Origin: Terriglobia bacterium
GTDB lineage: Bacteria; Acidobacteriota; Terriglobia; Terriglobales; Acidobacteriaceae
Reading direction: 5' to 3'
Length of the DNA: 64,000 nucleotides
NCBI GenBank assembly: GCA_020073215.1
Contig: JAIQFO010000013.1
Coordinates: 54,343-118,342 of the forward strand
Under the pieces are notes generated by a model. It did no database searches and was not told where the DNA came from. It saw only the letters and a program-made list of their open reading frames with translations. Numbering within the stretch: position 1 is the stretch's first letter; every line of letters begins with the position of its first letter. This document shows positions 43,085 to 52,107 of this stretch, piece after piece. A program made the position numbers and the translations under genes.

Positions 43085-44452
43085 ATGTCCGCACCTTCCG
43101 CAAACTCAGGTTCCGCGAACGTAGAGTCCGGCCTCCGCCACCAACTCACCGCGGGACAGATGACCATGGTTGCGGTGGGCGGGTCCATCGGCACGGGACT
43201 CTTGCTCGGCACCGCCGCCGCCATCGAACTCGCCGGCCCCGCCGTGATCCTGAGCTTCGTCCTCGCCGCTTTCATTAGCTGGACGGTCGCCCTTGCCCTG
43301 GGCGAACTCGCCAGCACTCATCCCGCCGCCGGCTCCTTCGGCGTCTATGGAGACCTCTACCTCAACCGCTGGGCCGGATTTATTTCCCGCGCCGGCTACT
43401 GGCTTGCCATCGCCGTCTCGATCGGAGCCGAGATGGTCGCCTCGGCCACCTACATGCGGCTCTGGTTTCCGCACGTGCCTGCCATTCTCTGGGTCTTTGC
43501 CTTCTCCGCGTTCCTTCTCTCCACCAACTTCCTTGCCGTCCACAGCTACGGACGCTTCGAATTCTGGTTCGCGATGATCAAGGTCGCCGTCATTGCCAGC
43601 TTCATCGCCCTCGGCGCCGCCCTGCTGCTCACCGGACGCGCCGCTCCCCAATACACCACCCACGGCGGATTCTTCCCCCTCGGCCCAGCCGCCCCCCTCC
43701 TCGCCATCACTTTTGCCATTTACACCTTCGGAGGCGTGGAATTCGTGGCGGTAGCGTCCGGCGAATCCACTTCCGGCAAGGCCATCGGCAGCGCCGCTCG
43801 CATGACTTTTCTCGCCCTCGCCTTCCTTTATCTTGGAGCCATCATCATCCTGGTCGGCGTCATGCCCTGGAACCGGGCCGGCGTCACCGAAAGCCCCTTC
43901 GTCACAGTCTTCCGTTCCGTCAGCCTCCCCGGCGCCGCTCACTTCATGAATTTCGTCGTCCTCAGCGCCGCTCTCTCCGGAGCCAACGCCGCCCTTTACA
44001 TCTCCTCGCGCATGCTTTTCTCTCTGGCCCGCACGGGATGGGCTCCCGAGGTCCTGGGGCGGTTAAGCGCGAAAGGCACTCCGACTTTCGCCTTGTTAGC
44101 CTCTTCTTACGGGATCATCGTAGCGCTGGCGCTGGAACGCTGGGCCCCGGCCGAAGCCTTCGAGTACATTCTCCGCGGCGCGTTCTTCGGCATGATGCTC
44201 TCCTGGATCGTTTCGCTCGCCGCCCACATCAAGTTCCGCCGCGGCCTTACCGCCGCCCAGTCCGCCGAAATTCCCGCCCGCTCCCCGCTTGGCAGATGGG
44301 GATCCATCATCGGCCTGGTGGTAGTGGTCGCCTCTGTCGCCAAAACCTGGTGGGACTCCCGCATCAACCTGATCACCGGCCTGACTTTTCTGATCGCCTT
44401 GACCGCCGTCTACGTTCTCCTCCGCCCCAGAGTGACGCAAAACGACTCCTAA
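43085..44452 (+). CDS. APC-family amino acid permease
   Basis: ORF 42662..44452 trimmed to the ATG at 43085. LTAGQMTMVAVGGSIGTGL signature; 12 TM. Confidence 0.88.
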   Translation: MSAPSANSGSANVESGLRHQLTAGQMTMVAVGGSIGTGLLLGTAAAIELAGPAVILSFVLAAFISWTVALALGELASTHPAAGSFGVYGDLYLNRWAGFISRAGYWLAIAVSIGAEMVASATYMRLWFPHVPAILWVFAFSAFLLSTNFLAVHSYGRFEFWFAMIKVAVIASFIALGAALLLTGRAAPQYTTHGGFFPLGPAAPLLAITFAIYTFGGVEFVAVASGESTSGKAIGSAARMTFLALAFLYLGAIIILVGVMPWNRAGVTESPFVTVFRSVSLPGAAHFMNFVVLSAALSGANAALYISSRMLFSLARTGWAPEVLGRLSAKGTPTFALLASSYGIIVALALERWAPAEAFEYILRGAFFGMMLSWIVSLAAHIKFRRGLTAAQSAEIPARSPLGRWGSIIGLVVVVASVAKTWWDSRINLITGLTFLIALTAVYVLLRPRVTQNDS

Positions 44453-44597
44453 CCGGCGCTGCGGAAAAAAGAGAAGAAACTTGGGTTGTTCGAGAAAAGA
44501 GGGGTCCGTCGCTGCCTTCGACCAAGGAGGCGCGCAATCGTCCCAAACTGAGGAAGCATCGCGACCGGCGTTTCTGATTTATCGGTCCCAATTTGTA

Positions 44598-44625
44598 TTG
44601 ATAATTTTCTCTTTTTTGATATGCT
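44598..44625 (+). promoter_or_regulatory. candidate promoter TTGATA-16-(TG)aTATGCT
   Basis: AT-rich island upstream of the S53 peptidase gene. By-eye match. Confidence 0.3.
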
Positions 44626-44742
44626 CTAGCGGTTTCGGGACCCATCTGAACGGCGGGACGAACCCGGACTTCCCTACCTGTGCGACTCCCCGTCGCGACT
44701 AGTTCCTGGCCGGTCTGTTCCCCCGAAACCAAAGGAGTATCT

Positions 44743-46377
44743 GTGACTTCCGCTCGAAAATTCAACGTAATTTCAGGCAGTGAACGTCAGCCGGTCCGTG
44801 GTGCGCGCCTGATCCACAATGCCCATCCGGATCAAGTCATTGAGATCTCCCTGCGCCTTCGCCCAAAATCAGGGGCCAAGCACAGAGAGTTAAGGAGTGC
44901 CATCGAAAATCCCAACTACAAGCACATGTCGCGTACCGACTTCGAGAATGCCCACGGTGCCGATCCGGCCGATCTCGACCAGATCAAGAAGTTTGCCCAG
45001 GAATACGGCCTGAAGGTCCACGAAACCGGTACCGAACTCGCGCGCCGAACCGTACTGCTGTCGGGAACTGCAAGCAATCTCGAGAAAGCCTTCCACGTGG
45101 AACTCAAGGAGTACAGCCACCCCAAGGGCAATTTCCGTGGCCGTGTGGGTACCATCAGCGTGCCCGCCGACTATGCGGACATCGTCACCGGAGTGTTTGG
45201 CCTGGACAACCGGCCGCAGGCAGAGCCGCATTTCAGGCGCTCGCCACAACCCGCCGCCGGATTTAAGGCTCACACCGCCACTGCCTCCCATGACCCCAAC
45301 GAAGTGGCTCAGATCTACGACTACCCGCCGGGAGACGGAACTGACCAATGTATCGGGATCATTGAGCTAGGCGGAGGTTTTCAACTCGATGACCTGAGCA
45401 ACTATTTCAGTTCGCTCAACATCAATCCGCCGCAAGTCATCTCCTTCTCCGTCGATGGAGGCGCCAATAGCCCCAGCACTCCAGACAGCGCGGACGGCGA
45501 AGTGATGCTCGACATTGAAGTGGCGGGCGCGATTGCTCCGGCGGCGAAGATCGTCGTCTATTTTGCCCCGAACACCGATCGGGGTTTTCTGGACGCCATC
45601 ACCACCGCCGTGCACGACAGCGCCAATCAACCCTCGGTCATTTCCATAAGCTGGGGCGCTGCCGAGTCGCAATGGACACCTCAGGCGCTCACCAACTTCG
45701 ACGAGGCGTTTCAGGCGGCCGCAGCCATGGGCGTAACCGTCTGCGCCGCGTCCGGCGACAATGGTTCCTCCGACGGAGTCAATGACGGCAGCAACCACGT
45801 TGATTTTCCGGCTTCCAGTTCGTTCGCGCTCGGCTGTGGCGGCACCACACTGCAAGCTTCGAACGGACAAATTGTGAACGAGACAGTCTGGGACAACCTG
45901 CCGGCGGGAGGAGGAGCAACGGGCGGCGGGGTGAGCGACTCGTTCCCGCTTCCAACCTGGCAGGATGGCCTCGGGGTTCCGCAGCCCTCAGTTCAGGGTG
46001 GCGGACGCGGCGTACCTGATGTCTCGGGCGATGCTGACCCGGCCACCGGCTACAACATTCTGGTCGATGGACAAAATCTCGTTTTCGGCGGCACCAGTGC
46101 GGTTGCGCCTCTATGGGCCGCGCTCGTGGCGCGAATCAATCAGCAGATGGGGAAACCGGTGGGTTTTCTGAACCCGCTCATATATGCGCAGGCCGTGGAA
46201 ACCTCTGGATTTCACGACATCACCCAGGGCAACAACGGCTCCTTTAGTGCGGCGCAGGGATGGGACCCGTGCACCGGGCTTGGCAGCCCCGATGGAGCCC
46301 GTCTATTGGCGGCGCTCACGGGAAAGGCCGCTGCAGGTGCCGAGCGCTCGTCCAGAGCCAGGAAACCGGCAGCTTAA
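44743..46377 (+). CDS. S53 (sedolisin/kumamolisin-like) serine peptidase with pro-domain
   Basis: ORF 44680..46377 trimmed to the GTG at 44743, which follows AAAGGAG. GEVMLDIEV (Glu/Asp) and GGTSAVAPLWAAL (Ser) motifs. Confidence 0.85.
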   Translation: MTSARKFNVISGSERQPVRGARLIHNAHPDQVIEISLRLRPKSGAKHRELRSAIENPNYKHMSRTDFENAHGADPADLDQIKKFAQEYGLKVHETGTELARRTVLLSGTASNLEKAFHVELKEYSHPKGNFRGRVGTISVPADYADIVTGVFGLDNRPQAEPHFRRSPQPAAGFKAHTATASHDPNEVAQIYDYPPGDGTDQCIGIIELGGGFQLDDLSNYFSSLNINPPQVISFSVDGGANSPSTPDSADGEVMLDIEVAGAIAPAAKIVVYFAPNTDRGFLDAITTAVHDSANQPSVISISWGAAESQWTPQALTNFDEAFQAAAAMGVTVCAASGDNGSSDGVNDGSNHVDFPASSSFALGCGGTTLQASNGQIVNETVWDNLPAGGGATGGGVSDSFPLPTWQDGLGVPQPSVQGGGRGVPDVSGDADPATGYNILVDGQNLVFGGTSAVAPLWAALVARINQQMGKPVGFLNPLIYAQAVETSGFHDITQGNNGSFSAAQGWDPCTGLGSPDGARLLAALTGKAAAGAERSSRARKPAA

Positions 46378-46385
46378 GACACAGC

Positions 46386-46415
46386 GGGGGCGAGTTCTCG
46401 CTCGCCCCCATCTTT
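46386..46415 (+). terminator. Rho-independent terminator
   Basis: GGGGCGAG-TTCT-CTCGCCCCC followed by ATCTTTTC, 9 nt after the stop codon. Confidence 0.75.
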
Positions 46416-46485
46416 TCTAGCGGCTGGCGATCGATATCCGAATTTTTCCGCAGCCGCCGGTAGCTGGAAGCGAGTCGCGAACGCC

Positions 46486-47679
46486 GTGGAGATCTCCCAG
46501 ATTACAATGTGTTTCATGCCCGACGATCTTCTTGGCTACCGCTCCGAGTTTCCCATCCTCGAGCGCACCAACTACATGATCTCCAACTCCCTCGGAGCCA
46601 TGCCGCGCGCGGTTTATGACGCGCTCCACGCCTACGCCGATGTTTGGGCAACTCGCGGCGTGCGCGCCTGGGAAGAACGCTGGTGGATGCTCGCCCTTGA
46701 AGTCGGCAACGAACTCGGCGCCCTCATGAACGCGCCCAGCAATTCCGTCTCTCTCCACCAGAACGTCACCACCTGCCAGGCCATAGTCGCGTCCTGTTTC
46801 GATTTCACCGGCAAGCGCAACAAGGTGGTTTACAGCGACATGAACTTCCCCTCGGTCATGTATTTCTGGGAGGCGCAACGTCAGTACGGCGCGCAGGTTC
46901 ATATGGTCAAGACCGACGACGGCATCACGGTCCCCACCGATCGTCTGCTTGACGCCATCGACGAGCAAACTCTGATCGTTCCCATCTCGCACGTGATTTT
47001 TCGCAGCTCTTATATCAACGACGCCAAAGCCATCATCGACAAAGCGCACCGGGTTGGAGCCCATGTCGTCCTCGACACGTTCCAGTCTCTCGGCACCGTG
47101 CCCGTCGACATCCAGGCGCTCAACGCCGACTTCGCCTGCGGAGGCGTGCTCAAGTGGCTGTGCGGCGGTCCTGGCGTTGCCTACCTCTACGTGCGCCCCG
47201 ACCTCGGCAAGAAGTTGGAGCCGAAGCTTACCGGGTGGTTCGCCCACGAGAATTCCTTTGCCTTTGCCACCGGACCCATCCGCTACTCCGAACCTCCCTT
47301 CCGATTCATGAACGGAACCACGCACATTCCCGCGATCGAAGCTGCGCGTCCTGGCCTGAAAATTATTCGGGAAGTTGGAGTCGAGAAAATCCGCGAGAAA
47401 TCCAGACGCCAGACTGCCCGCCTGATCGAGCTCGCCGATCAGCACGGATGGCGGGTCAACACCCCGCGCGATCCCGAGCAACGGGGCGGCACCGTTTCCA
47501 TCGACATGCCCGACTCCCAAGCCGTGAGCCGGGAGTTACTGGCCCGCGACATCCTCGTAGACTGGCGTCCCAAAGCCGGAGTTCGCTTCTCGCCGCACTT
47601 CTACAACACCGATGTGGAAATCGATGCAGCGATGACGGCGGTGGCCGACATACTGAAAACTCGCGCGGTGAGCGCATAA
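46486..47679 (+). CDS. kynureninase-like class-V PLP-dependent enzyme
   Basis: YMISNSLGAMP, DFACGGVLKWLCGGPG, TGWFAHE, RFMNGT and TPRDPEQRGG fit a kynureninase pattern. The start is ambiguous (GTG 46486, ATG 46507 or ATG 46516). Confidence 0.7.
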   Translation: MEISQITMCFMPDDLLGYRSEFPILERTNYMISNSLGAMPRAVYDALHAYADVWATRGVRAWEERWWMLALEVGNELGALMNAPSNSVSLHQNVTTCQAIVASCFDFTGKRNKVVYSDMNFPSVMYFWEAQRQYGAQVHMVKTDDGITVPTDRLLDAIDEQTLIVPISHVIFRSSYINDAKAIIDKAHRVGAHVVLDTFQSLGTVPVDIQALNADFACGGVLKWLCGGPGVAYLYVRPDLGKKLEPKLTGWFAHENSFAFATGPIRYSEPPFRFMNGTTHIPAIEAARPGLKIIREVGVEKIREKSRRQTARLIELADQHGWRVNTPRDPEQRGGTVSIDMPDSQAVSRELLARDILVDWRPKAGVRFSPHFYNTDVEIDAAMTAVADILKTRAVSA

Positions 47680-47814
47680 CTAGAGCTGGTTTCATAAATG
47701 GTTTTGGGAAGGGCACGGCTTCAGCCGTGCCGTCCAGAGCCAATAAACACGCGGGCTTTAGCCCCTGAGGGATGTGCCTTCCGGGTTGAAAGGCATTTAT
47801 GAAACCAGTTCTAG
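47680..47814. mobile_element. 135-bp MITE-like family-D element with 21-bp terminal inverted repeats
   Basis: CTAGAGCTGGTTTCATAAATG ... CATTTATGAAACCAGTTCTAG (20 of 21 complementary). The interior carries GCACGGCTTCAGCCGTGC and GGGCTTTAGCCC hairpins. Confidence 0.7.
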
Positions 47815-47966
47815 TAGAAACGAACTTGCCGGGTCTTGCTCGCCTCGCCTGCAACTGCGGTCAGTAACCGTTACTTCCGTAAGCCAATCCTGCGTCTTTC
47901 CCGTGTCCTTCCTGATTTCTCTTTCTATCCTCTAATCAGATCCTTCGAGACAATCGAGGAAGCACC

Positions 47967-49073
47967 GTGACCGCCTGCCTTTCCCTGTTCATCCCGATCA
48001 ACCAACTCACGGTTCTTTCGTGTGTGGCGATTGCCGGCGGGCTGTATTTCTTCTTTACCGGATTCCGTCTGCTCGCCCGCAAGCGCTTGTTGCTGAGCAC
48101 TCCAACCTCCAAGATTCGCAGCGCCGCCCTGGGACTGGTTGAGGTGAACGGCGTGGTGACCGGTCCTTATACGATTCCGGCGCCCATTACCGGCGCGCCC
48201 TGCTTTCTCTACCACACCACCGCCTGGCAGCAGCGTGAGAACAAGAAGAGCGAATGGGAGAAAATTGCCGACGAAACTTTGCATCTGCCTTTCTTCATCG
48301 ACGACTCGACCGGGCAGTTGCTCATTGAGCCTCTCGGCGCCGATCTCGATCTGCGCCGCGATTTTCGCGAGGAATATGGCGCGTCGTTCTTCTTTTCCCA
48401 AGATGACGTTCCACCGCGGGTTAGCGTATTTCTTTCTCGCCACGGAATTGTTCCGGCCCGCCGCCTGCGCATCGAAGAATGGTCGATCAAGCCCGAGGAC
48501 GCAATGTTCATCGCGGGATCGCTCACGGAAAATCCAGGCGTGCAGGTGCGCCCGCTCGCGCCGCTTGGCGATTCCCCGCGCGACCTCGCCCCACCAACTT
48601 TGGCGGAGCCGCTGCCCGCTCCGCAGGTCATCAAGCTCTCGAGTGGCGCGGCTCCATCGAGCGCTCAGGAAATGAGCCAGCAGGCCAAAATCGCGGCCGC
48701 GCTCACTCGCGCCGGCATCACCAAACCAGAAGCCTGGTCGGCCGCCGGGGTTCCCTACCAGACCGTGGCGGTCGAAGAAAACGTGCCGCCCGCGCCCGTC
48801 TCCGCCTACGCCAAAGCGCGTCCAGATGAAGGGCATCCGAATGGAGGACGTCCAAATGGAGGCCAGGCCAAGCTATCCAACTTCAATCTCACTCCGCCGG
48901 TCGTATTGATGAAAGGCGCGAACCATCCCACGTTCGTGATCTCGTTCCGCAGCCAGAAGGAATTCGTCAGCACACTCGCCTGGAAATCAGCCGCCATGAT
49001 CTGGGGAGGCGCAGCCATCGCGCTGCTCGGCCTGTACACGCTGTGGGCGCAACTGGAGATGAGCCGGTGGTAG
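47967..49073 (+). CDS. GIDE-domain membrane protein
   Basis: GTG start after GAGGAAG. N-terminal TM, then STPTSKIRSAALGLVEVNGVV..APITGAPCFLY (GIDE-like from memory), and a C-terminal TM. Confidence 0.5.
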   Translation: MTACLSLFIPINQLTVLSCVAIAGGLYFFFTGFRLLARKRLLLSTPTSKIRSAALGLVEVNGVVTGPYTIPAPITGAPCFLYHTTAWQQRENKKSEWEKIADETLHLPFFIDDSTGQLLIEPLGADLDLRRDFREEYGASFFFSQDDVPPRVSVFLSRHGIVPARRLRIEEWSIKPEDAMFIAGSLTENPGVQVRPLAPLGDSPRDLAPPTLAEPLPAPQVIKLSSGAAPSSAQEMSQQAKIAAALTRAGITKPEAWSAAGVPYQTVAVEENVPPAPVSAYAKARPDEGHPNGGRPNGGQAKLSNFNLTPPVVLMKGANHPTFVISFRSQKEFVSTLAWKSAAMIWGGAAIALLGLYTLWAQLEMSRW

Positions 49074-49174
49074 TGACCCTGCGCTCCTGGCTCGAAGCCC
49101 TCGGCTCGTACCTCGTAGCGGGTAATGCGGCGGTAGCTAATTGCGCAACTCCAACGGCGGACCGCTAATTTAGA

Positions 49175-49954
49175 ATGTCCCTTGTGAGTGAACCCGTCCG
49201 GATCGGAATTCTCGGCGATTTCAACCCCGAATTCCGTTCCCATCACGCAACCAACGCTTCGCTCCAGCACGCGGCCAGGAAGCTCAAACTCGAGGTCGAA
49301 TCGGCGTGGCTTCCCACGCCCTCGCTCCTCGAACCGGGCGCCGCCGCCACGCTCGATTCCTTCGATGGATTGTGGGCCTCGCCGGGCAGTCCCTTCAAGA
49401 GTTTCGACGGCATGTTGAAAGGCATCGAGTTTGCCCGCGTCCACGACCGCCCGTTCCTCGGCACCTGCGCAGGCTTCCAGTACGCGCTCATCGAGTGCGC
49501 CCGTAACGTGCTCGGCGTCCAAGACGCCACCACCGCCGAGGAAGACCCGAACGCCAAGAATATCGTCATCTATCCCGTAGCCTGCGCCGTTCCCAACCGT
49601 GATCCGAAGGCGCCCAAGCTCTCAGGAAAAATCAATCAGATCCGCCTCCGCCCCGGCTCGTATCTTGCGGCATTCTATGGAAAAGAAGTGATCGAGGAAG
49701 AATTCTTTTGCAACTACGAACTGAATCCCGAGTTCGAATGGATGGCCATGGAAGCGGGCTTTCCGGTCGTGGCCCGCGGCTCCAAGGAAGAATGCCGGGC
49801 CATCGAATCTCCCGCGCACTTGTTTTTCGTTGCGACGTTGTTCCAACCGCAACTTTCATCCACCGAGGCGAAACCGCATCCGCTGGTCACGGCCTTCGTG
49901 CAGCATGTCGCCGATTTCCACCGGAAGCGACTCGACGACTCGATCCTAGCCTGA
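49175..49954 (+). CDS. class-I glutamine amidotransferase-like protein (CTP synthase C-terminal-domain related)
   Basis: RIGILGDF..., FLGTCAGFQY nucleophile-elbow motif. Confidence 0.6.
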   Translation: MSLVSEPVRIGILGDFNPEFRSHHATNASLQHAARKLKLEVESAWLPTPSLLEPGAAATLDSFDGLWASPGSPFKSFDGMLKGIEFARVHDRPFLGTCAGFQYALIECARNVLGVQDATTAEEDPNAKNIVIYPVACAVPNRDPKAPKLSGKINQIRLRPGSYLAAFYGKEVIEEEFFCNYELNPEFEWMAMEAGFPVVARGSKEECRAIESPAHLFFVATLFQPQLSSTEAKPHPLVTAFVQHVADFHRKRLDDSILA

Positions 49955-50071
49955 ACCTGTACATACGCTCATTAGGGGGAGCTGCTGTCTCTACTTGACC
50001 GCACCCTCGCACCTGTCGTAGCCTCGCCTGCAATCCCGGGTCTTGTCCCTAACATCTTAAGGAGGCTGCAC

Positions 50072-50629
50072 ATGGCTTTTCTCGCCGCTCTCTGGCTGCC
50101 CATCCTGCTCTCGGCGGTCATCGTCTTCGTTGCCAGTTCCATCATGCACATGGTGCTGCCCTATCATCGCAACGACTACAGCCAACTGCCCGACGAGGAT
50201 AAGATCCTCGCCGTCCTGCGCTCCTCGCCTCTCAAGCGGGGTCTCTACGTCTTCCCCTTCTGCACCCACAAGGACATGAAGTCGCCCGCCCTGATCGAAA
50301 AGCAAAAACAGGGGCCGGTCGGCTTTCTGACCATTGTTCCGAGCGGCCCGCCCGCCATGCCGAAGTTTCTTATCCAGTGGTTCGTGTATTGCCTCGTGAT
50401 CGGATTCTTCGTCGCCTACCTCGCCGCCCACACGGTGGCCCCCGGCACACACTATTTGGCTGTCTTTCGCGTCGTCGGGACCGCCGCGTTCCTCGCCTAC
50501 GGCCTGGGCAACCTGAGCAACGGCATTTGGAAAGGTCAAGAATGGTCGGTAACCATCAAGGAAGTCATCGACGGACTCATCTACGGTTTGCTGACCGCCG
50601 GCACCTTCGGCTGGCTTTGGCCGCGATAA
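50072..50629 (+). CDS. hypothetical 4-TM membrane protein
   Basis: AAGGAGG SD; 185 aa; hydrophobic segments; no family recognised. Confidence 0.55.
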   Translation: MAFLAALWLPILLSAVIVFVASSIMHMVLPYHRNDYSQLPDEDKILAVLRSSPLKRGLYVFPFCTHKDMKSPALIEKQKQGPVGFLTIVPSGPPAMPKFLIQWFVYCLVIGFFVAYLAAHTVAPGTHYLAVFRVVGTAAFLAYGLGNLSNGIWKGQEWSVTIKEVIDGLIYGLLTAGTFGWLWPR

Positions 50630-50633
50630 GGCC

Positions 50634-51065
50634 CTACCCGCCCGCGCCGGAACCAAGCAAACTATAGAGCAGCACGGCGAGCACGATCAGGGTGAAGGCC
50701 ACGTACATACGATCGCGTTCAATGGCGAATCCCACGATGGAGAAGACGACGCGGGCGATGGGAGTGGCAATGAGGAGGAGCAATCCAAGTTGGATTAAGC
50801 TTCGGCCTCGCTCGTGAGTGATGCTGTGCAAGACTCCCGAGATGGTGCGCAGATCGGAGGGTTCGCCGCGAAAAATGCGGTAACTGGCGGGTTCGTGCGC
50901 GTGACGCGCGAGGTAGATACCCGCTCCCGAGAGAACGACGGCGGCCGAGAGCAGGACTCCGGTGCGGAGCAGGTTGCCGAGGATAAGCTCTATGCGACGA
51001 TCTCTCCACGGTTGAGGCTGGAACGGGTGCCCCTTGCTCGCGCTCGCCTCGGCTGCTGGCATCAA
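50634..51065 (-). CDS. DUF1634 membrane protein
   Basis: ILGNLLRTGVLLSAAVVLSG...; typical partner downstream of TauE/SafE; 4-nt overlap. Confidence 0.65.
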   Translation of the reverse strand: MMPAAEASASKGHPFQPQPWRDRRIELILGNLLRTGVLLSAAVVLSGAGIYLARHAHEPASYRIFRGEPSDLRTISGVLHSITHERGRSLIQLGLLLLIATPIARVVFSIVGFAIERDRMYVAFTLIVLAVLLYSLLGSGAGG

Positions 51066-51898
51066 ATTTGCCCCCAGAATCCTTTGTAGAGCATCTGCAA
51101 ACCCAGCACCAGAATCACCCCGGCGAAGACCATGCGGAGGGATTTGGTTTCGGCTTTGATCAGAATATGGCTGCCAAGTAACGAACCGGCCAGAACTCCT
51201 AACATGACCGGCATGGCCAGGCCGGGATCGATGTATCCGCGGCTCAGATAGATGCCGGCGCTGGCCGCGGCGGTCACCCCGATCATGAAGTTGCTGGTGG
51301 TGGTGGAAACTTTAAATGGAATCCGCATGGCCTGGTCCATGGCCAGTACCTTGACCGCTCCCGAGCCGATGCCAAGCAATCCGGAGAGCGCCCCGGCGCC
51401 GAACATGAGGCTGAATCCGCTGGGAACGCTCTGGACGTTGTAAAAGCGCAGACCTTCCGCGTCGGGGAAACTGCCGTTCATCCGCAAACGGGTAGCCAGG
51501 GGATCGGGCGGCAGGTTGCGCTGCGCGTGCGGGCGTGGCTTGCGCGAAACATACGCCGAGTAAAGCAAGACCGCGCCGAAGATGATCGCCAGCGCGCTGG
51601 TTGGCATGCGGGTGGCGAGGAAAGCTCCGAGCAAGGCGCCGAAGGTGGTGGCAATCTCCAAAAACATGCCGATGCGGATGTTGGAGAACCCTTCTTTCAC
51701 GTAGGAGGCGGCGGCGCCGGAGGAAGTCGCGATCACGGAGACCAGCGAGGCTCCGATGGCGTAGCGGATATCCACGTGAAACAAGGCGGTGAGCAAGGGC
51801 ACAAGAACGACGCCGCCGCCGAGGCCGGTGAGCGATCCAAGAAGTCCCGCGACGAAGGAGACGAGGGCGACGACGGCGGTGAATTCCAGGATGGTCAT
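51062..51898 (-). CDS. TauE/SafE-family anion exporter
   Basis: 278 aa, 8 TM, LGGGVVLVPLL and GIGSGAVKV motifs. Confidence 0.8.
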   Translation of the reverse strand: MTILEFTAVVALVSFVAGLLGSLTGLGGGVVLVPLLTALFHVDIRYAIGASLVSVIATSSGAAASYVKEGFSNIRIGMFLEIATTFGALLGAFLATRMPTSALAIIFGAVLLYSAYVSRKPRPHAQRNLPPDPLATRLRMNGSFPDAEGLRFYNVQSVPSGFSLMFGAGALSGLLGIGSGAVKVLAMDQAMRIPFKVSTTTSNFMIGVTAAASAGIYLSRGYIDPGLAMPVMLGVLAGSLLGSHILIKAETKSLRMVFAGVILVLGLQMLYKGFWGQI

Positions 51899-51965
51899 TG
51901 CCGGGTGGTTATTTGAGTTTCTCCTAGGTTAACATTTCTCGTCTCAGCAGCCCGTAGTGCAAGCA

Positions 51966-52032
51966 CGGTTCGTATCAGGGCATGCCTTCAGGCATGCCGC
52001 AAAGTCTGCGCTGGAAAAGCGCCTTCAGGCGC
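51966..52032. repeat. hairpin-cluster repeat (GGTTCGTATCAGGGCATGCCTTCAGGCATGCCG...)
   Basis: Related copy at 55175-55247. Confidence 0.65.
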
Positions 52033-52107
52033 TGAGGACGAGATCAGAGTGCCATCCTGGGCTCTTAAAACAGCGGAGGACGCTCCCTGACGAGGGACAG
52101 TATCCAT

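Noticed and set aside
49955-50071. Shared string GCCTCGCCTGCAA / CGGGTCTTG between 47830-47865 and 50010-50045 as a regulatory motif.
   Set aside because: The matches are short (9-13 nt), occur in a different order in the two loci, and lie in GC-rich DNA. This is insufficient to call.
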